Below are positions 40,658 through 50,877 of a stretch of DNA of 64,000 nt, one piece after another. Location: the NCBI GenBank assembly GCA_963676395.1, contig OY781066.1:1952001-2016000 (forward strand), read 5' to 3'. The notes under the pieces were generated by a model that was given only the letters and a program-made list of their open reading frames with translations, was not told where the DNA came from and ran no database searches. This stretch comes from a bacterium. GTDB lineage: Bacteria; Fidelibacterota; Fidelibacteria; Fidelibacterales; Fidelibacteraceae. How positions within the stretch are numbered: the stretch's first letter is position 1; each line of letters begins with the position of its first letter. Both the position numbers and the translations under genes were made by a program.

Positions 40658-41422
40658 GTGCAAGAGCAACAATATTACAACGAAAAATGGTCATTTGTCA
40701 TTAAATGGATAGCCGTAATTTTATTTGTTATTTTACTGTTGGTGATTTTTATTCCCAGCAATATTTGGAAAAATGAAGATAGCATGAGAAGTCGTTCACA
40801 GTGGAAAATGGAACAACTTTGGGATGCACAACGCATGTATGAAAAATTAACCGGATATTATGATGACGATATGGAAGGTGTACTTTGGTTTGTTTCTGCA
40901 GTTCGTGATTCTATATTAGCTGACAGTGAATATGTTGGAGATCAGGTGATTGTTTATAAAGGTGAAGAAGTAAGTATTGATGTGCCTAAATTCTGGAGCA
41001 CAGAATATGATACTGTATTCTCAAATCCCTATGCTGCAAAAGATACCAATTACATTGGTGTGTTTACAGCTGTTGAATTGAACATGGAAACAGGTTCATG
41101 GGATACGGTTTACCTTGGTGAAAATAAAGATCGTTATAAATATACCGATACACTTTGGGAAGGTATCATTATTGATACAACTGTTGATACAATCATTGAG
41201 AACGTGATTAAATACAAACACTTTAATCTAGTAGATTCACTTTTGGAATGTCCTTTGACCGGTGAGAATTATGAAGTGACCGTAAAAGGAAAAGAAAATG
41301 ATACCGTATTGATTAAAAGTCCTATTCATGGTGGTTATAAAGATAGAAAATTCTTCTTTTTCACTTTTAAAGATACCGGCCATGGCCGCATCATGAATGG
41401 GGAAGCAACTTGGGATAGGTAA
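40658..41422 (+). CDS. Hypothetical membrane-anchored protein (possibly pilin-like)
   Basis: Single N-terminal hydrophobic helix ending ...IFIP, followed by an amphipathic helix (MEQLWDAQRMY); CPLTGENY motif. Confidence 0.65.
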   Translation: MQEQQYYNEKWSFVIKWIAVILFVILLLVIFIPSNIWKNEDSMRSRSQWKMEQLWDAQRMYEKLTGYYDDDMEGVLWFVSAVRDSILADSEYVGDQVIVYKGEEVSIDVPKFWSTEYDTVFSNPYAAKDTNYIGVFTAVELNMETGSWDTVYLGENKDRYKYTDTLWEGIIIDTTVDTIIENVIKYKHFNLVDSLLECPLTGENYEVTVKGKENDTVLIKSPIHGGYKDRKFFFFTFKDTGHGRIMNGEATWDR

Positions 41423-41425
41423 CTA

Positions 41426-42322
41426 ATGTTAACACTTGCGCTACATCAAGACGAATCTGTATTTGTATATCTCAGCGGAGCGCAAAAAGGCAAAAAGAAA
41501 ATTGAAAAAATAGGTTTATTTTCTCCTGATTTTTCATTTGATAGGCCTTTTCTATCTCAACAGAGTGCAAAAAATATGTTGAGTGAAATGTTGAAAGAGA
41601 TCCTGGAAGTGCTACCCGTAAAACAACAGGATATTTATTTCTCTTTTCCGGGTGAGATAGCCTATGTAAGCGTATATGATAATGTTAAGCAAGACGAAAT
41701 TAAAACCATCGTTGATAAAGATATTTGGTTGTCGGAGCAAAAATTCGGTTCTGAGTTGGTTTCCGCCTCCGATTGCCAGGTAAAGGTTCTTTATAAGGAT
41801 AATGGATTGGCAAGATTAACCCCTATCTATTTTCCTAAAAGGATCCTTGAAATTCTCAATCGTGTATGTCATGAAAACAATTGTCGACTGATAGGTTTGG
41901 GGATTAATATTTTCAATGCAACAGAAGTTGCAAAAAAGTTAACAAGAGAATCAGACTATATCATACTGTCGTATGAAGCGGGTCAATATGAGATGACCGG
42001 TGTGGAAAAGGGTATTATGATATCATATGCTCGTTTTTCAAAGTTGAAGAATAAAGCCTTTTATTACTTGAAGAGCGGAAGTGTACCCGAAGAGCTTTGC
42101 GATGCCGTGATCCGAAGAGATAGCACGGTATTGGATGCATACAGGATCTTTGTAACCGGTACAAGTCATAGTCTTGAGCATATTCAAGATCTATTGCAGG
42201 TCGCTCCCGATATGGTTGTTATGAATCCAATGAGTATTAATGGCGCGTACAACAAACCCACAGTGGAATATGATCGCAGATACAATACGGTGTTCTCTTC
42301 TGCGTTGGGCGCGTTAATATAA
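41426..42322 (+). CDS. Hypothetical protein, divergent PilM-like (actin fold)
   Basis: C-terminal IFVTG...VVMNPM...FSSALGAL resembles the PilM/FtsA tail; lies directly before a PilN-like gene. The CDS is secure; the function is inferred. Confidence 0.55.
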   Translation: MLTLALHQDESVFVYLSGAQKGKKKIEKIGLFSPDFSFDRPFLSQQSAKNMLSEMLKEILEVLPVKQQDIYFSFPGEIAYVSVYDNVKQDEIKTIVDKDIWLSEQKFGSELVSASDCQVKVLYKDNGLARLTPIYFPKRILEILNRVCHENNCRLIGLGINIFNATEVAKKLTRESDYIILSYEAGQYEMTGVEKGIMISYARFSKLKNKAFYYLKSGSVPEELCDAVIRRDSTVLDAYRIFVTGTSHSLEHIQDLLQVAPDMVVMNPMSINGAYNKPTVEYDRRYNTVFSSALGALI

Positions 42323-42334
42323 GGAGGCAAGGAC

Positions 42335-43474
42335 ATGAAGATTAATTTGCTGCGAGATGACCAGACTCCAAAATCACAAGCTCAAAAAAAAGAAAATGAT
42401 ATTCTGAGTTTTGATGATACTTCGGGAGGTAATGACGATTTTTACTTTGAGCAACCGGCTCCCCGAGGTGGCAGATATCGGCACGAAAGACGTTTTAGTT
42501 TTGGTTGGTTTATTTTTCTTGTCATTTTTATTGGGTTGATCATAATAATCATAAGCAATCCGACCGGTACTCGTGATTTCCTTTCAAGAATTGCTCATCG
42601 TTTGGCAAGAGCACCCAAAGAAGTAAGCGAAACGGTGAAGACGGTAAATAATGACGACAGAAAACCTATTAAAGAGTATGTCGCAACAAAGCCGGTACAA
42701 AATAATAATCAAAATACAACAGCTAAACAGGTTTATAAGCCGGTGCAGTCGAGTAATACGACAACTGCTAAAACAAAATCTACTCCCAAACCCGTTCAGG
42801 AAATAATTCGAGTTGAAAAACCCGTATATAAAAAAGTAGTAAAAGAAAGTACAAAAGAAGTCGTTCTTAAGAACCCACCCGTTTATGAAAAAATTCGTGA
42901 TGACATTGCTACGACAAAGCGAAATCTCTTTGCTGCCGAATATGCATGGTCAAAAGTACCTGGCGGTGTTACCATGGAAGAAATGACGATTGATAAAGAT
43001 GTTTTACGAATTGTATTGACCTCTCGTGCAGCAGAATTGATAAACTCTTACCCTAATGTAATGAGTCAACATGATATGTTCTTGATGATTGTTCCCAATG
43101 ACGCTGAGATTAAAGGTGAGCTTACCAGAGTTTATATGTACAGTGAATTACCGGGTTTTGATCCGGCAGATAGACCCGAACAACTATGGGATTTGAAGGT
43201 TGAGTGGTTGGATGACTATGTTAAGTTAGCTGCTCCTGATGCAGATGTTTTAGTTACCCCTTTGATCAAGGGCTCTGAAGTGCTGGAAGGTGAGATTTTA
43301 GTCCACAATGTTAATGTAAAGGTTATTGGTAATAGAACTGCCATGATGGTATTTTTGCATGATATTCAAGATATTCCCGCGACGGTAGCGGTTAAAGGAT
43401 TAAGTGCTAAGTACGATGAAGAAAAACAGAATTATATAATGAATCTCGATTTACTCTCTTACGAAAGAAAATAA
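42335..43474 (+). CDS. Hypothetical membrane protein, PilN/PilO-like
   Basis: Starts MKINLL (PilN INLL motif); one TM helix; low-complexity linker; C-terminal VNVKVIGNRTAMMVFLHDIQDIP resembling PilO. Confidence 0.55.
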   Translation: MKINLLRDDQTPKSQAQKKENDILSFDDTSGGNDDFYFEQPAPRGGRYRHERRFSFGWFIFLVIFIGLIIIIISNPTGTRDFLSRIAHRLARAPKEVSETVKTVNNDDRKPIKEYVATKPVQNNNQNTTAKQVYKPVQSSNTTTAKTKSTPKPVQEIIRVEKPVYKKVVKESTKEVVLKNPPVYEKIRDDIATTKRNLFAAEYAWSKVPGGVTMEEMTIDKDVLRIVLTSRAAELINSYPNVMSQHDMFLMIVPNDAEIKGELTRVYMYSELPGFDPADRPEQLWDLKVEWLDDYVKLAAPDADVLVTPLIKGSEVLEGEILVHNVNVKVIGNRTAMMVFLHDIQDIPATVAVKGLSAKYDEEKQNYIMNLDLLSYERK

Positions 43475-44001
43475 TGTCTAGAATAATTAGTGGTCGATAT
43501 GGTGGTTTATATATAGCCAATCCTAAACATTCTATACGCCCTACGACCGGAAAAGTAAAAGAATATATTTTCAACGTCCTTCAAAACTTAGAAGGGCGTT
43601 GTGTTTTAGACTTGTTTTGTGGAACAGGCGCTTTGGGTATTGAGGCACTTTCACGTTATGCCAAACATGTTTCCTTTATTGATAAGCATCCAAAATCTTT
43701 GCAGCTTACAAAAGAAAATTTATTGAATATTCAAGCTGAATCAGGTGAATATTCTGTTATTCGTGGCAATGCTCTTAAATGGCTCGAAGGAAAAGATATA
43801 TTATTTGATATTATATTGGCTGATCCACCTTATGATCTGCCTTTAAATGGTGAGTTTTTTGCAATATGTAGGGAACATCTTGAAGATAATGGACATCTAA
43901 TTTTGGAATATACAAGTCGTAATGAATTAGATTTTGAAGGATGGAAACCGGAAAAAATTAAAAAAATGGGTGATACTGTCGTTTATTTTCTTCGGAAGTA
44001 A
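43474..44001 (+). CDS. rsmD: 16S rRNA (guanine(966)-N2)-methyltransferase
   Basis: RIISG, IRPTT, VLDLFCGTGALGIEALSR, ADPPY. Confidence 0.94.
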   Translation: MSRIISGRYGGLYIANPKHSIRPTTGKVKEYIFNVLQNLEGRCVLDLFCGTGALGIEALSRYAKHVSFIDKHPKSLQLTKENLLNIQAESGEYSVIRGNALKWLEGKDILFDIILADPPYDLPLNGEFFAICREHLEDNGHLILEYTSRNELDFEGWKPEKIKKMGDTVVYFLRK

Positions 44002-44025
44002 ACGAGTATATTTATTATATAAAAT

Positions 44026-44053
44026 GTAGGGATTAAACATATTGAAGCCCTAC
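44026..44053. repeat. GTAG-type REP-like hairpin (family B)
   Basis: gtaggg-attaaacatattgaag-ccctac after the rsmD stop. Confidence 0.5.
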
Positions 44054-44105
44054 GCTCACAACATGGATAAATAAACCTTTTAGGAATAAACAGAAGGAGA
44101 AGACA

Positions 44106-46901
44106 ATGAGAAAAATGATACTTCCTCTCTTACTGGTTGCGATGCTTCTACTTGCCGGATGCGGCAGTGGTGACCTCTCGATCGCGTACGAGAAGTATGA
44201 ACTGGAAAATGGTTTAGATGTGATCCTTCACATTGATGACAGTGATCCAATTACAGCTGTTGCAATTCAATATCATGTAGGTTCAAATCGTGAAAAACCG
44301 GGAAAAACCGGTTTTGCTCATCTTTTTGAACATATGCTGTTCCAGGAATCCGAAAACGTACCTCAGGATCAATTTTTTGCAAAGATCCAGAATGCCGGCG
44401 GTACATTGAATGGCGGAACATGGACAGATGGTACGATCTACTATGAAGTAGTCCCCAAAAATGCACTTGAAATGGTACTTTGGATGGAATCGGATCGTAT
44501 GGGCTACTTTGTAAATACTATTACACCCGAAGCCTTTGCTAATCAACAAAATGTTGTGACAAACGAGAAACGTGAACGTGTTGATAATAATGCATACGGT
44601 CACCAGGCTTATGTGATCGGTAAGGCAATTTATCCCGAAGGTCATCCTTATAATTGGCAAACTATTGGTGTTGTTGAGGATGTTAATAATGCAACTATTC
44701 CGGATGTGAAGAAATTCTACGAAGATTATTACGGTCCTAATAATGCAACTTTAGTTATAGCCGGAGATATTGATCCTGCTGAAATTAAACCCTTGATTGA
44801 AAAGTATTTTGGTGAGATCAAAGCTCATGGTGATCCTAAACCTATGCCCAAAATGCCTGTAACGCTTGATAAAACAACTAAACTTTATCATGAAGATAAT
44901 TTTGCTCGTGCTTCTAAACTTACAATGGTATGGCCTACGGTTGAAGATGGACATAAAGATGCCTATGCATTGCAATATTTAGCTTCTTTGCTTTCAGAAG
45001 GCAAGAAAGCTCCACTATACAAGGTTCTTGTAAAAGAAAAAAATCTAACTTCGTATGCGGCAGCTTATCCTTATCCCAAAGAATTAGCCGGCGAATTTTA
45101 TGTATCGCTAACAGCGAATCATGGTGTAAGTTTGGCTGATGCTGAAGATGCGATCTTTGAGGCATTTAAGAAATTTGAACAAGAAGGATTTAGCGAAAAA
45201 GATGTTGAACGTGTAAAAGCTACACTTGAAACCGATTTTTACAATGGTATTACATCATTGATCGATAAATGCTTTAACCTTGCTATGAGTAATACTTTTA
45301 ATAATGATCCCGGCTATCTTGTGAAGGATCTTGCTAATTTAAAAGCTGTTACCAAAGAAGATATTATTCGTGTATATGAAGAATATATTAAAGATAAACC
45401 TTATGTTGCGACATCATTTGTACCTAAAGGTCAAGTTGATTTAGCTGCAGCTGGTTCAGAAAAAGCTCCCATCGTTGAAGAAAATGTAGAAGATGTCGTT
45501 TATAAAAGTGCCGCTGATCATGAAATGGGTGAGCTTGTAGAAACAGTATCATCTTTTGATCGCAGTGTTGAGCCGGAAAAAGGTCCTATGCCTGAGATTA
45601 ATCTTCCACAAGTCTGGGAAAAAGAACTCAGTAACGGTATGAAGGTTTACGGTGTTCTTCATGATGAATTACCTCTTGTATCATATGAACTGATCATTCG
45701 CGGTGGGCACCTTCTTGATTCAATTGATAAACCGGGTGTTGCTAATTTAACAGCTCAGTTAATGAATGAAGGTACTAAGAATAAGACTCCCGAGGAATTA
45801 GAAGAAGAAATCGACTTTCTTGGTGCTTCAATAAATGTTCGTTCCGGTCGTGAAACATTTATTGTTTCCGGTAACTGTCTTGCTCGTAATTTCGAGAAAA
45901 CAATTGATCTCGTTGAAGAGATCCTTCTTGAACCTCGCTGGGATGAAGAAGAGTTTGAATTGGCTAAAACTCGTATGATCAATGGAATCAAAAGAAGTAA
46001 AGCCAGTGCAGATAATGTGGCCTCACGAACTTTTGCTAAATTGCTATATGGAGAAGATCACATTTTCGGTATACCGACTTCGGGTACCGAAAAATCTGTT
46101 GAAGCTATCACTTTAGATGATCTAAAAGCTTATTACGCTGCAAATATATCTCCGACAGTTGCTTCATTTGAGATTGCCGGTGATGTGTCTCCTGCAAGAG
46201 TAGAAAAAGCTTTGGCAAGTATCTCGGAAAATTGGGAAAAGAAAAATGTTAAATTCCCCGAATATAAATTGCCTGAACCGATTAAAGAATCAAAAGTCTA
46301 TTTTGTAGATATCCCCGGTGCAAAACAGTCAGCACTACGTGTTGGTAATCTTGCTATGAAGCGCAGCGATAAAGATTATTATCCTGCTTATGTTATGAAT
46401 TATCAATTAGGTGGCGTTTTTGGATCACATATCAATATGATGCTTCGTGAAGAAAAAGGCTATACTTATGGTGCACGTTCAGGATTTAGCGGAACAAAAA
46501 TAATCGGTCCTTTTCAAGCTTCAACATCTGTTATTACAGATGCTACATTGGAATCACTTGAGATTATTCGTGATTTGACAAATGCATACAAAGAAGGTAT
46601 TTCAGATGAAGAACTGAAATTTACCCAAAATGCTATTTTAAAATCCAATACACGTCGTTTTGAAACCATGGACAATATGTTGAACATGCTCTGGATGATC
46701 GATTACTACGGAATGCCTGTTGATTATATCAAGGGCAATGAGGCTGTAGTTAAAGGTATGACGCTTGAATCACATAAAGCCTTAGCCAATAAATATTTAC
46801 ATCCCGACAAGATGATTTATCTTGTAGTTGGTGATGCGGCTACACAGCTTAAACCCCTCAAAAAATTGGGATTCGGTGAACCTGTGTTACTTGATATATA
46901 A
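44106..46901 (+). CDS. M16 (insulinase/pitrilysin-like) zinc peptidase, lipoprotein
   Basis: Lipobox LAGC; GFAHLFEHM inverted zinc motif; LREEKGYTYG. Confidence 0.95.
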   Translation: MRKMILPLLLVAMLLLAGCGSGDLSIAYEKYELENGLDVILHIDDSDPITAVAIQYHVGSNREKPGKTGFAHLFEHMLFQESENVPQDQFFAKIQNAGGTLNGGTWTDGTIYYEVVPKNALEMVLWMESDRMGYFVNTITPEAFANQQNVVTNEKRERVDNNAYGHQAYVIGKAIYPEGHPYNWQTIGVVEDVNNATIPDVKKFYEDYYGPNNATLVIAGDIDPAEIKPLIEKYFGEIKAHGDPKPMPKMPVTLDKTTKLYHEDNFARASKLTMVWPTVEDGHKDAYALQYLASLLSEGKKAPLYKVLVKEKNLTSYAAAYPYPKELAGEFYVSLTANHGVSLADAEDAIFEAFKKFEQEGFSEKDVERVKATLETDFYNGITSLIDKCFNLAMSNTFNNDPGYLVKDLANLKAVTKEDIIRVYEEYIKDKPYVATSFVPKGQVDLAAAGSEKAPIVEENVEDVVYKSAADHEMGELVETVSSFDRSVEPEKGPMPEINLPQVWEKELSNGMKVYGVLHDELPLVSYELIIRGGHLLDSIDKPGVANLTAQLMNEGTKNKTPEELEEEIDFLGASINVRSGRETFIVSGNCLARNFEKTIDLVEEILLEPRWDEEEFELAKTRMINGIKRSKASADNVASRTFAKLLYGEDHIFGIPTSGTEKSVEAITLDDLKAYYAANISPTVASFEIAGDVSPARVEKALASISENWEKKNVKFPEYKLPEPIKESKVYFVDIPGAKQSALRVGNLAMKRSDKDYYPAYVMNYQLGGVFGSHINMMLREEKGYTYGARSGFSGTKIIGPFQASTSVITDATLESLEIIRDLTNAYKEGISDEELKFTQNAILKSNTRRFETMDNMLNMLWMIDYYGMPVDYIKGNEAVVKGMTLESHKALANKYLHPDKMIYLVVGDAATQLKPLKKLGFGEPVLLDI

Positions 46902-46923
46902 TCAATTTAACGCCTTAAATTAT

Positions 46924-46953
46924 AAAAACCCCGGACATTGTTCGGGGTTTTTT
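46924..46953 (+). terminator. Rho-independent terminator
   Basis: aaaaaccccggaca-t-tgttcggggtttttt. Confidence 0.85.
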
Positions 46954-46971
46954 ATTTTGATCATAATTTTC

Positions 46972-48006
46972 GGCTTAATGGTAAAAATGGGGGGCTAAAA
47001 ACGCTATAATTAATTGATTTATAGTTTATTAAATAAGATTTCTTATTTTTTAAATAAAAAGATGGCTAAAAAGATGTCCAAAATGTGGTGGAAATAGCAC
47101 CAAAAAGAACGGAAAGAAGAGGGGAAAACAGAGCTATAAATGCAACGATTGTCACCACAGATTCTCCAGCAAATCAAGACCAAGAAAAAAAATATCTCAC
47201 AGTCTTTTCGTTGATTATTTTGAAGGCAAGCAAAGCTTACGACAGTTATCAGAAAAGTATCATTTAAGCATTAAAACAATCCGATCAAAATTAGCAGATC
47301 ATCAAGTCACTATCCCCGATTACAAACCTTCAGATACAGTGATCATTATGGATAGTAGCTACTTCAGACGAGGCTTTGGTGTCATGGTATTTAAAGATGC
47401 GTATAGTAAAAAGAATCTTGATTGGCGGTACATCAAGACAGAAACAATTGATCTTTACAAACAAGGTATTGGTTTGCTAAAGATGAGAGGATGGATAATA
47501 AAAGCTATCGTCTGTGACGGCAGAAGAGGCTTATTTAAGGCGTTTGCAGAAATCCCTATCCAAATGTGTCACTTCCACCAACAGGCTATCATAAGGCGTT
47601 ATTTAACACTGAATCCACGCACACCGGCCGGCCATGAGCTCAAAGAAATATCATACCAACTCAAAAACATTGATAAAACATCTTGGATCTTCATATTAGA
47701 TCATTGGCATAAAAAATGGCAAAATTATTTGAAAGAAAAAACGGTTAATCCAATTACGGGTAAGTGGCATTATACTCACAAAAGATTGAGAAGTGCTTAT
47801 CGAAGCCTAAAGACAAACACACCTTATCTTTTTACTTTCCAAGATTACCCTGATTTACATATCCCAAACACAACAAATCTACTGGAAGGTAACTTTACTG
47901 AATTAAAAACAAAGCTAAGAAATCATGCTGGAATTAAGGATGAAATGAAAACTAAATTAACAGACCATTTTTTGGCCAAATAGCCCCCCATTTTTACCAT
48001 TAAGCC
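46972..48006 (+). mobile_element. Insertion sequence, IS256 family (zinc-finger variant), intact
   Basis: Perfect 26-bp IRs ggcttaatggtaaaaatggggggcta (46972-46997 and 47981-48006); 8-bp target duplication taattttc (46964-46971 and 48007-48014). Confidence 0.93.
47054..47983 (+). CDS. IS256-family DDE transposase with N-terminal CxxC...CxxC zinc finger
   Basis: The frame of ORF 47339 stays open back to 47054 and encodes RCPKCGGNSTKKNG...YKCNDCHHRF; MDSSYF, CDGRRG, QMCHFHQ and TTNLLEG motifs. Start codon uncertain. Confidence 0.85.
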   Translation: MKRWLKRCPKCGGNSTKKNGKKRGKQSYKCNDCHHRFSSKSRPRKKISHSLFVDYFEGKQSLRQLSEKYHLSIKTIRSKLADHQVTIPDYKPSDTVIIMDSSYFRRGFGVMVFKDAYSKKNLDWRYIKTETIDLYKQGIGLLKMRGWIIKAIVCDGRRGLFKAFAEIPIQMCHFHQQAIIRRYLTLNPRTPAGHELKEISYQLKNIDKTSWIFILDHWHKKWQNYLKEKTVNPITGKWHYTHKRLRSAYRSLKTNTPYLFTFQDYPDLHIPNTTNLLEGNFTELKTKLRNHAGIKDEMKTKLTDHFLAK

Positions 48007-48089
48007 TAATTTTCTAGCGCTAAGAAAGTATGTGCTTAATATAGTCTTAATCTAAATGTATTTTTTAAATTGTATTTTTGAATATTTGA

Positions 48090-48767
48090 TCAGGATGCGA
48101 CATAAACCACAAACTCACCTTTTGTGGATCTCTCTTCGAAAAAGGTGATTGCTTCTGTAACAGTTCCGCGAAAAATAGTTTCATGGATTTTGGTAAGTTC
48201 TCGACCAACCAGAATCTCGCGATCTCCAAAGTGTTCAAGAATTTCATTTAAAAATTTCATGATCCGGTGAGTAGATTCATAAAATATTACACCACAATCC
48301 ATATCTTTTAAGACCTTTAAACGTGTCTGACGCCCCTTTTTATGTGGCAGGAAGCCCTCAAAATAAAAATGTCCATTGGGGATATGGGAAATAGATAATA
48401 ATGCCGTAGCAGCCGTAACACCCGGAATAGGTTCAACTGTAAAACCTGCTTTTACAATTTCTGAAACCATATAATAGCCCGGATCGGAAATACCCGGAGT
48501 CCCGGCATCGGAAACCAATGCCAATGATTCACCTTTTTGCAATCTTTCGATCACTGGAGCAATACTTTTGGCTTCCTGATTTTTATAATGGGGGATAAGT
48601 GATTTTTTAGGGATCTCGTAGCGCTGTAATAAACGGCCGGTAACTCTTGTATCTTCACAAATAATGGTATCGACATCTTTTAAGACCTGAATTGCACGGT
48701 AGGTGACATCTTCGAGGTTGCCGATGGGAGTTGCGACGATGTATAGAGTTGAGGGTTGTATTTTCAT
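48090..48767 (-). CDS. rsmI: 16S rRNA (cytidine(1402)-2'-O)-methyltransferase
   Basis: LYIVATPIGNLED, CEDTR, VSDAGTPGISDPG, RELTKIHE. Confidence 0.97.
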   Translation of the reverse strand: MKIQPSTLYIVATPIGNLEDVTYRAIQVLKDVDTIICEDTRVTGRLLQRYEIPKKSLIPHYKNQEAKSIAPVIERLQKGESLALVSDAGTPGISDPGYYMVSEIVKAGFTVEPIPGVTAATALLSISHIPNGHFYFEGFLPHKKGRQTRLKVLKDMDCGVIFYESTHRIMKFLNEILEHFGDREILVGRELTKIHETIFRGTVTEAITFFEERSTKGEFVVYVAS

Positions 48768-48781
48768 AATAATTCTATTGT

Positions 48782-48830
48782 TGTCATTTCGATCGAATCC
48801 GTCATTAGATGGATGAGCGAAGGGATCTCA
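48782..48830. repeat. Partial copy (left arm) of the 16331 MITE-like element
   Basis: tgtcatttcgatcg...gggatctca matches tgtcatttcgaccg...gaaatctca. Confidence 0.55.
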
Positions 48831-48861
48831 ATAGCTGAGAAGGTTTAGACCGCTCCTTACA

Positions 48862-50118
48862 TTATAAAATTTCATTTTCAATAATTTGTTCTAAGTTTTG
48901 TCTTTTTCTGATTAATTTAATAGTACCATCTTCTTTGATCATTACTTCAGCGACGCGCGGGAATGAATTATAATTGATAGCCGACATAGATGAACAGTAA
49001 GCACCGGCATCTTCAATGACCAGATAATCACCGATCTCACATTTGGGCAAGGCAATGGCATCAATGCCTTCGGCATCACCGAGCGTAGGGGTTAAAATAT
49101 CACCGCTTTCACAGGCATGCCCTACGATAACGACATTTTCTATTTCTTTGGTAGTCTCATCATTCTTGAGGACCACGTTTATACTATGTTGAACACCATA
49201 CATGGTAGGACGTAGAAAATCACTCATTCCGGTGTTGGTTTTTAAAAAGATGTAACCTTCGGAGCCGGTATCGACTTTATCATCAATTTCACAGATCAAA
49301 GCACCGTTGGTAGCAACTAAATGAGTCCCGGGCTCTATTTCAAGTTTGATCTCACGACCGGTTTCTTTGGCAAATTCTTCAAAAAATACCTTTACTCGTG
49401 AACCGATTTCTTGAAGGTCGGTCGTTTTTTCATTCGGTAATCTGCCGATTTTAAAACCACCACCCATATTTAGGGTTGTAACATCGGGAAAAGCTTTTAC
49501 AGCATCCAGATTCATTTTGGTCACTTTTTCCCACACCGCAGGATCGGAACCGGAACCAATATGAGTGTGAAGTGTATCTATGGTTAAATTGTATTTATTG
49601 GCAAGTGCCTTAATATCATCAAAATATTCATGCCATATTCCAAAAGAAGAGGCAGGGCCACCGACATTAACTTTGTTGGCATGACCGCTACCGATACCGG
49701 GGTTGATACGAACACATACTCGTTTACCTGGGAATAGTTTACCATAGGTCTCGAGCTGACGAAGTGAACAAGCATTGTATAGAACACCCTTTTCAATCAA
49801 TTCTTTAAGATTGGGAGCCAATTCCTGAGCTGTCAGTTGTATTTTTTCGGGAGCTATGTCAATAGCAAGAAGGCGTTCGACCTCGTAAGATGAAGATGCA
49901 TCGAAATGTATACCCAAAGAGTCAAACAATCTTATGATGGCAGCTGTTGAATTGGCTTTCATAGCATAGCGAACTTTTAAACCGAAAGCATTCGGGAAAT
50001 TTAAAGCATTGATTGCAGAGCTTTTAAGCTTGGCTTCATCATAAGCGTATATCGGTGTACCGAAGTCATTAGCGATTCTACTAACCTGGTTTGGAGTTAG
50101 AATTTTGGGTGTTTTCAT
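48862..50118 (-). CDS. lysA: Diaminopimelate decarboxylase
   Basis: YAMKAN PLP lysine, HTHIGS, NMGGGF, IEPG, GHACESGD, AGAY, NYNSFPR. Confidence 0.93.
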   Translation of the reverse strand: MKTPKILTPNQVSRIANDFGTPIYAYDEAKLKSSAINALNFPNAFGLKVRYAMKANSTAAIIRLFDSLGIHFDASSSYEVERLLAIDIAPEKIQLTAQELAPNLKELIEKGVLYNACSLRQLETYGKLFPGKRVCVRINPGIGSGHANKVNVGGPASSFGIWHEYFDDIKALANKYNLTIDTLHTHIGSGSDPAVWEKVTKMNLDAVKAFPDVTTLNMGGGFKIGRLPNEKTTDLQEIGSRVKVFFEEFAKETGREIKLEIEPGTHLVATNGALICEIDDKVDTGSEGYIFLKTNTGMSDFLRPTMYGVQHSINVVLKNDETTKEIENVVIVGHACESGDILTPTLGDAEGIDAIALPKCEIGDYLVIEDAGAYCSSMSAINYNSFPRVAEVMIKEDGTIKLIRKRQNLEQIIENEIL

Positions 50119-50379
50119 TTTGTATACTTCCTTTTTACCGTGCTAATATACAATAAAAGTAGAAGAAGAAAAATATGTATTCGGATGATTACTCAGGAAT
50201 GATTTGAGTGTATCTTTTAAGGGCGACCTAGGAGTCTCCCTTAAAAAGCGAAAGTATTTTTATTAATTACACCTAAAGCAATCTTGTAAATCCTGTATTT
50301 TTATCGAAAAAGATATCCTATTAAATTAGCTATTGTTTTTACATATAAATTTTATATATTTACGGGCTATTTCAATTAC

Positions 50380-50451
<72 letters not shown>

Positions 50452-50460
50452 CATATCAAT

Positions 50461-50548
50461 GCCGAAGTGGTGGAATTGGCAGACACAAGGGACTTAAAAT
50501 CCCTCGGCATCTAATGCCGTACCGGTTCAAGTCCGGTCTTCGGTACCA
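50461..50548 (+). tRNA. tRNA-Leu (TAA)
   Basis: gccgaag acceptor; anticodon arm aggga-ctTAAaa-tccct; long variable arm ggcat-cta-atgcc; gttcaagtcc; CCA encoded. Confidence 0.97.
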
Positions 50549-50550
50549 GG

Positions 50551-50576
50551 AACCCTCTAGAGATAGAGGGTTTTTT
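50551..50576 (+). terminator. Terminator after the tRNA operon
   Basis: aaccctcta-gaga-tagagggtttttt. Confidence 0.85.
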
Positions 50577-50769
50577 CTATCACAAAGAATTATTCAAGTG
50601 ACCCACTCCCGGAAAAGCAGACAATGTGTATCTTAAACCCCCTAATTACTGGCAACAATTCCCAACTTATTCGTAAGCATACCAACAAGAAAGAGATAAA
50701 ACTCACAAGATAATTGGGGTATAAGGCGCGAACTTAAATTTCCTGGAGATGTATAATGTTTGTAGTGTG

Positions 50770-50792
50770 AAAAAGCCACTCAAATGAGTGGC
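50770..50792 (-). terminator. Terminator of the minus-strand OMP gene
   Basis: Minus strand gccactc-attt-gagtggc-ttttt. Confidence 0.7.
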
Positions 50793-50877
50793 ATGTGATT
50801 TATTATAATTTAATGATCGTTAATACAAAATATTTAGCACTTCTATCCGCAGACTAACGACTAAAGATTTAAAAAAT

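Noticed and set aside
47085..47267. 60-aa ORF as a separate IS orfA
   Set aside because: The zinc-finger sequence lies in the main transposase frame, not in this one.
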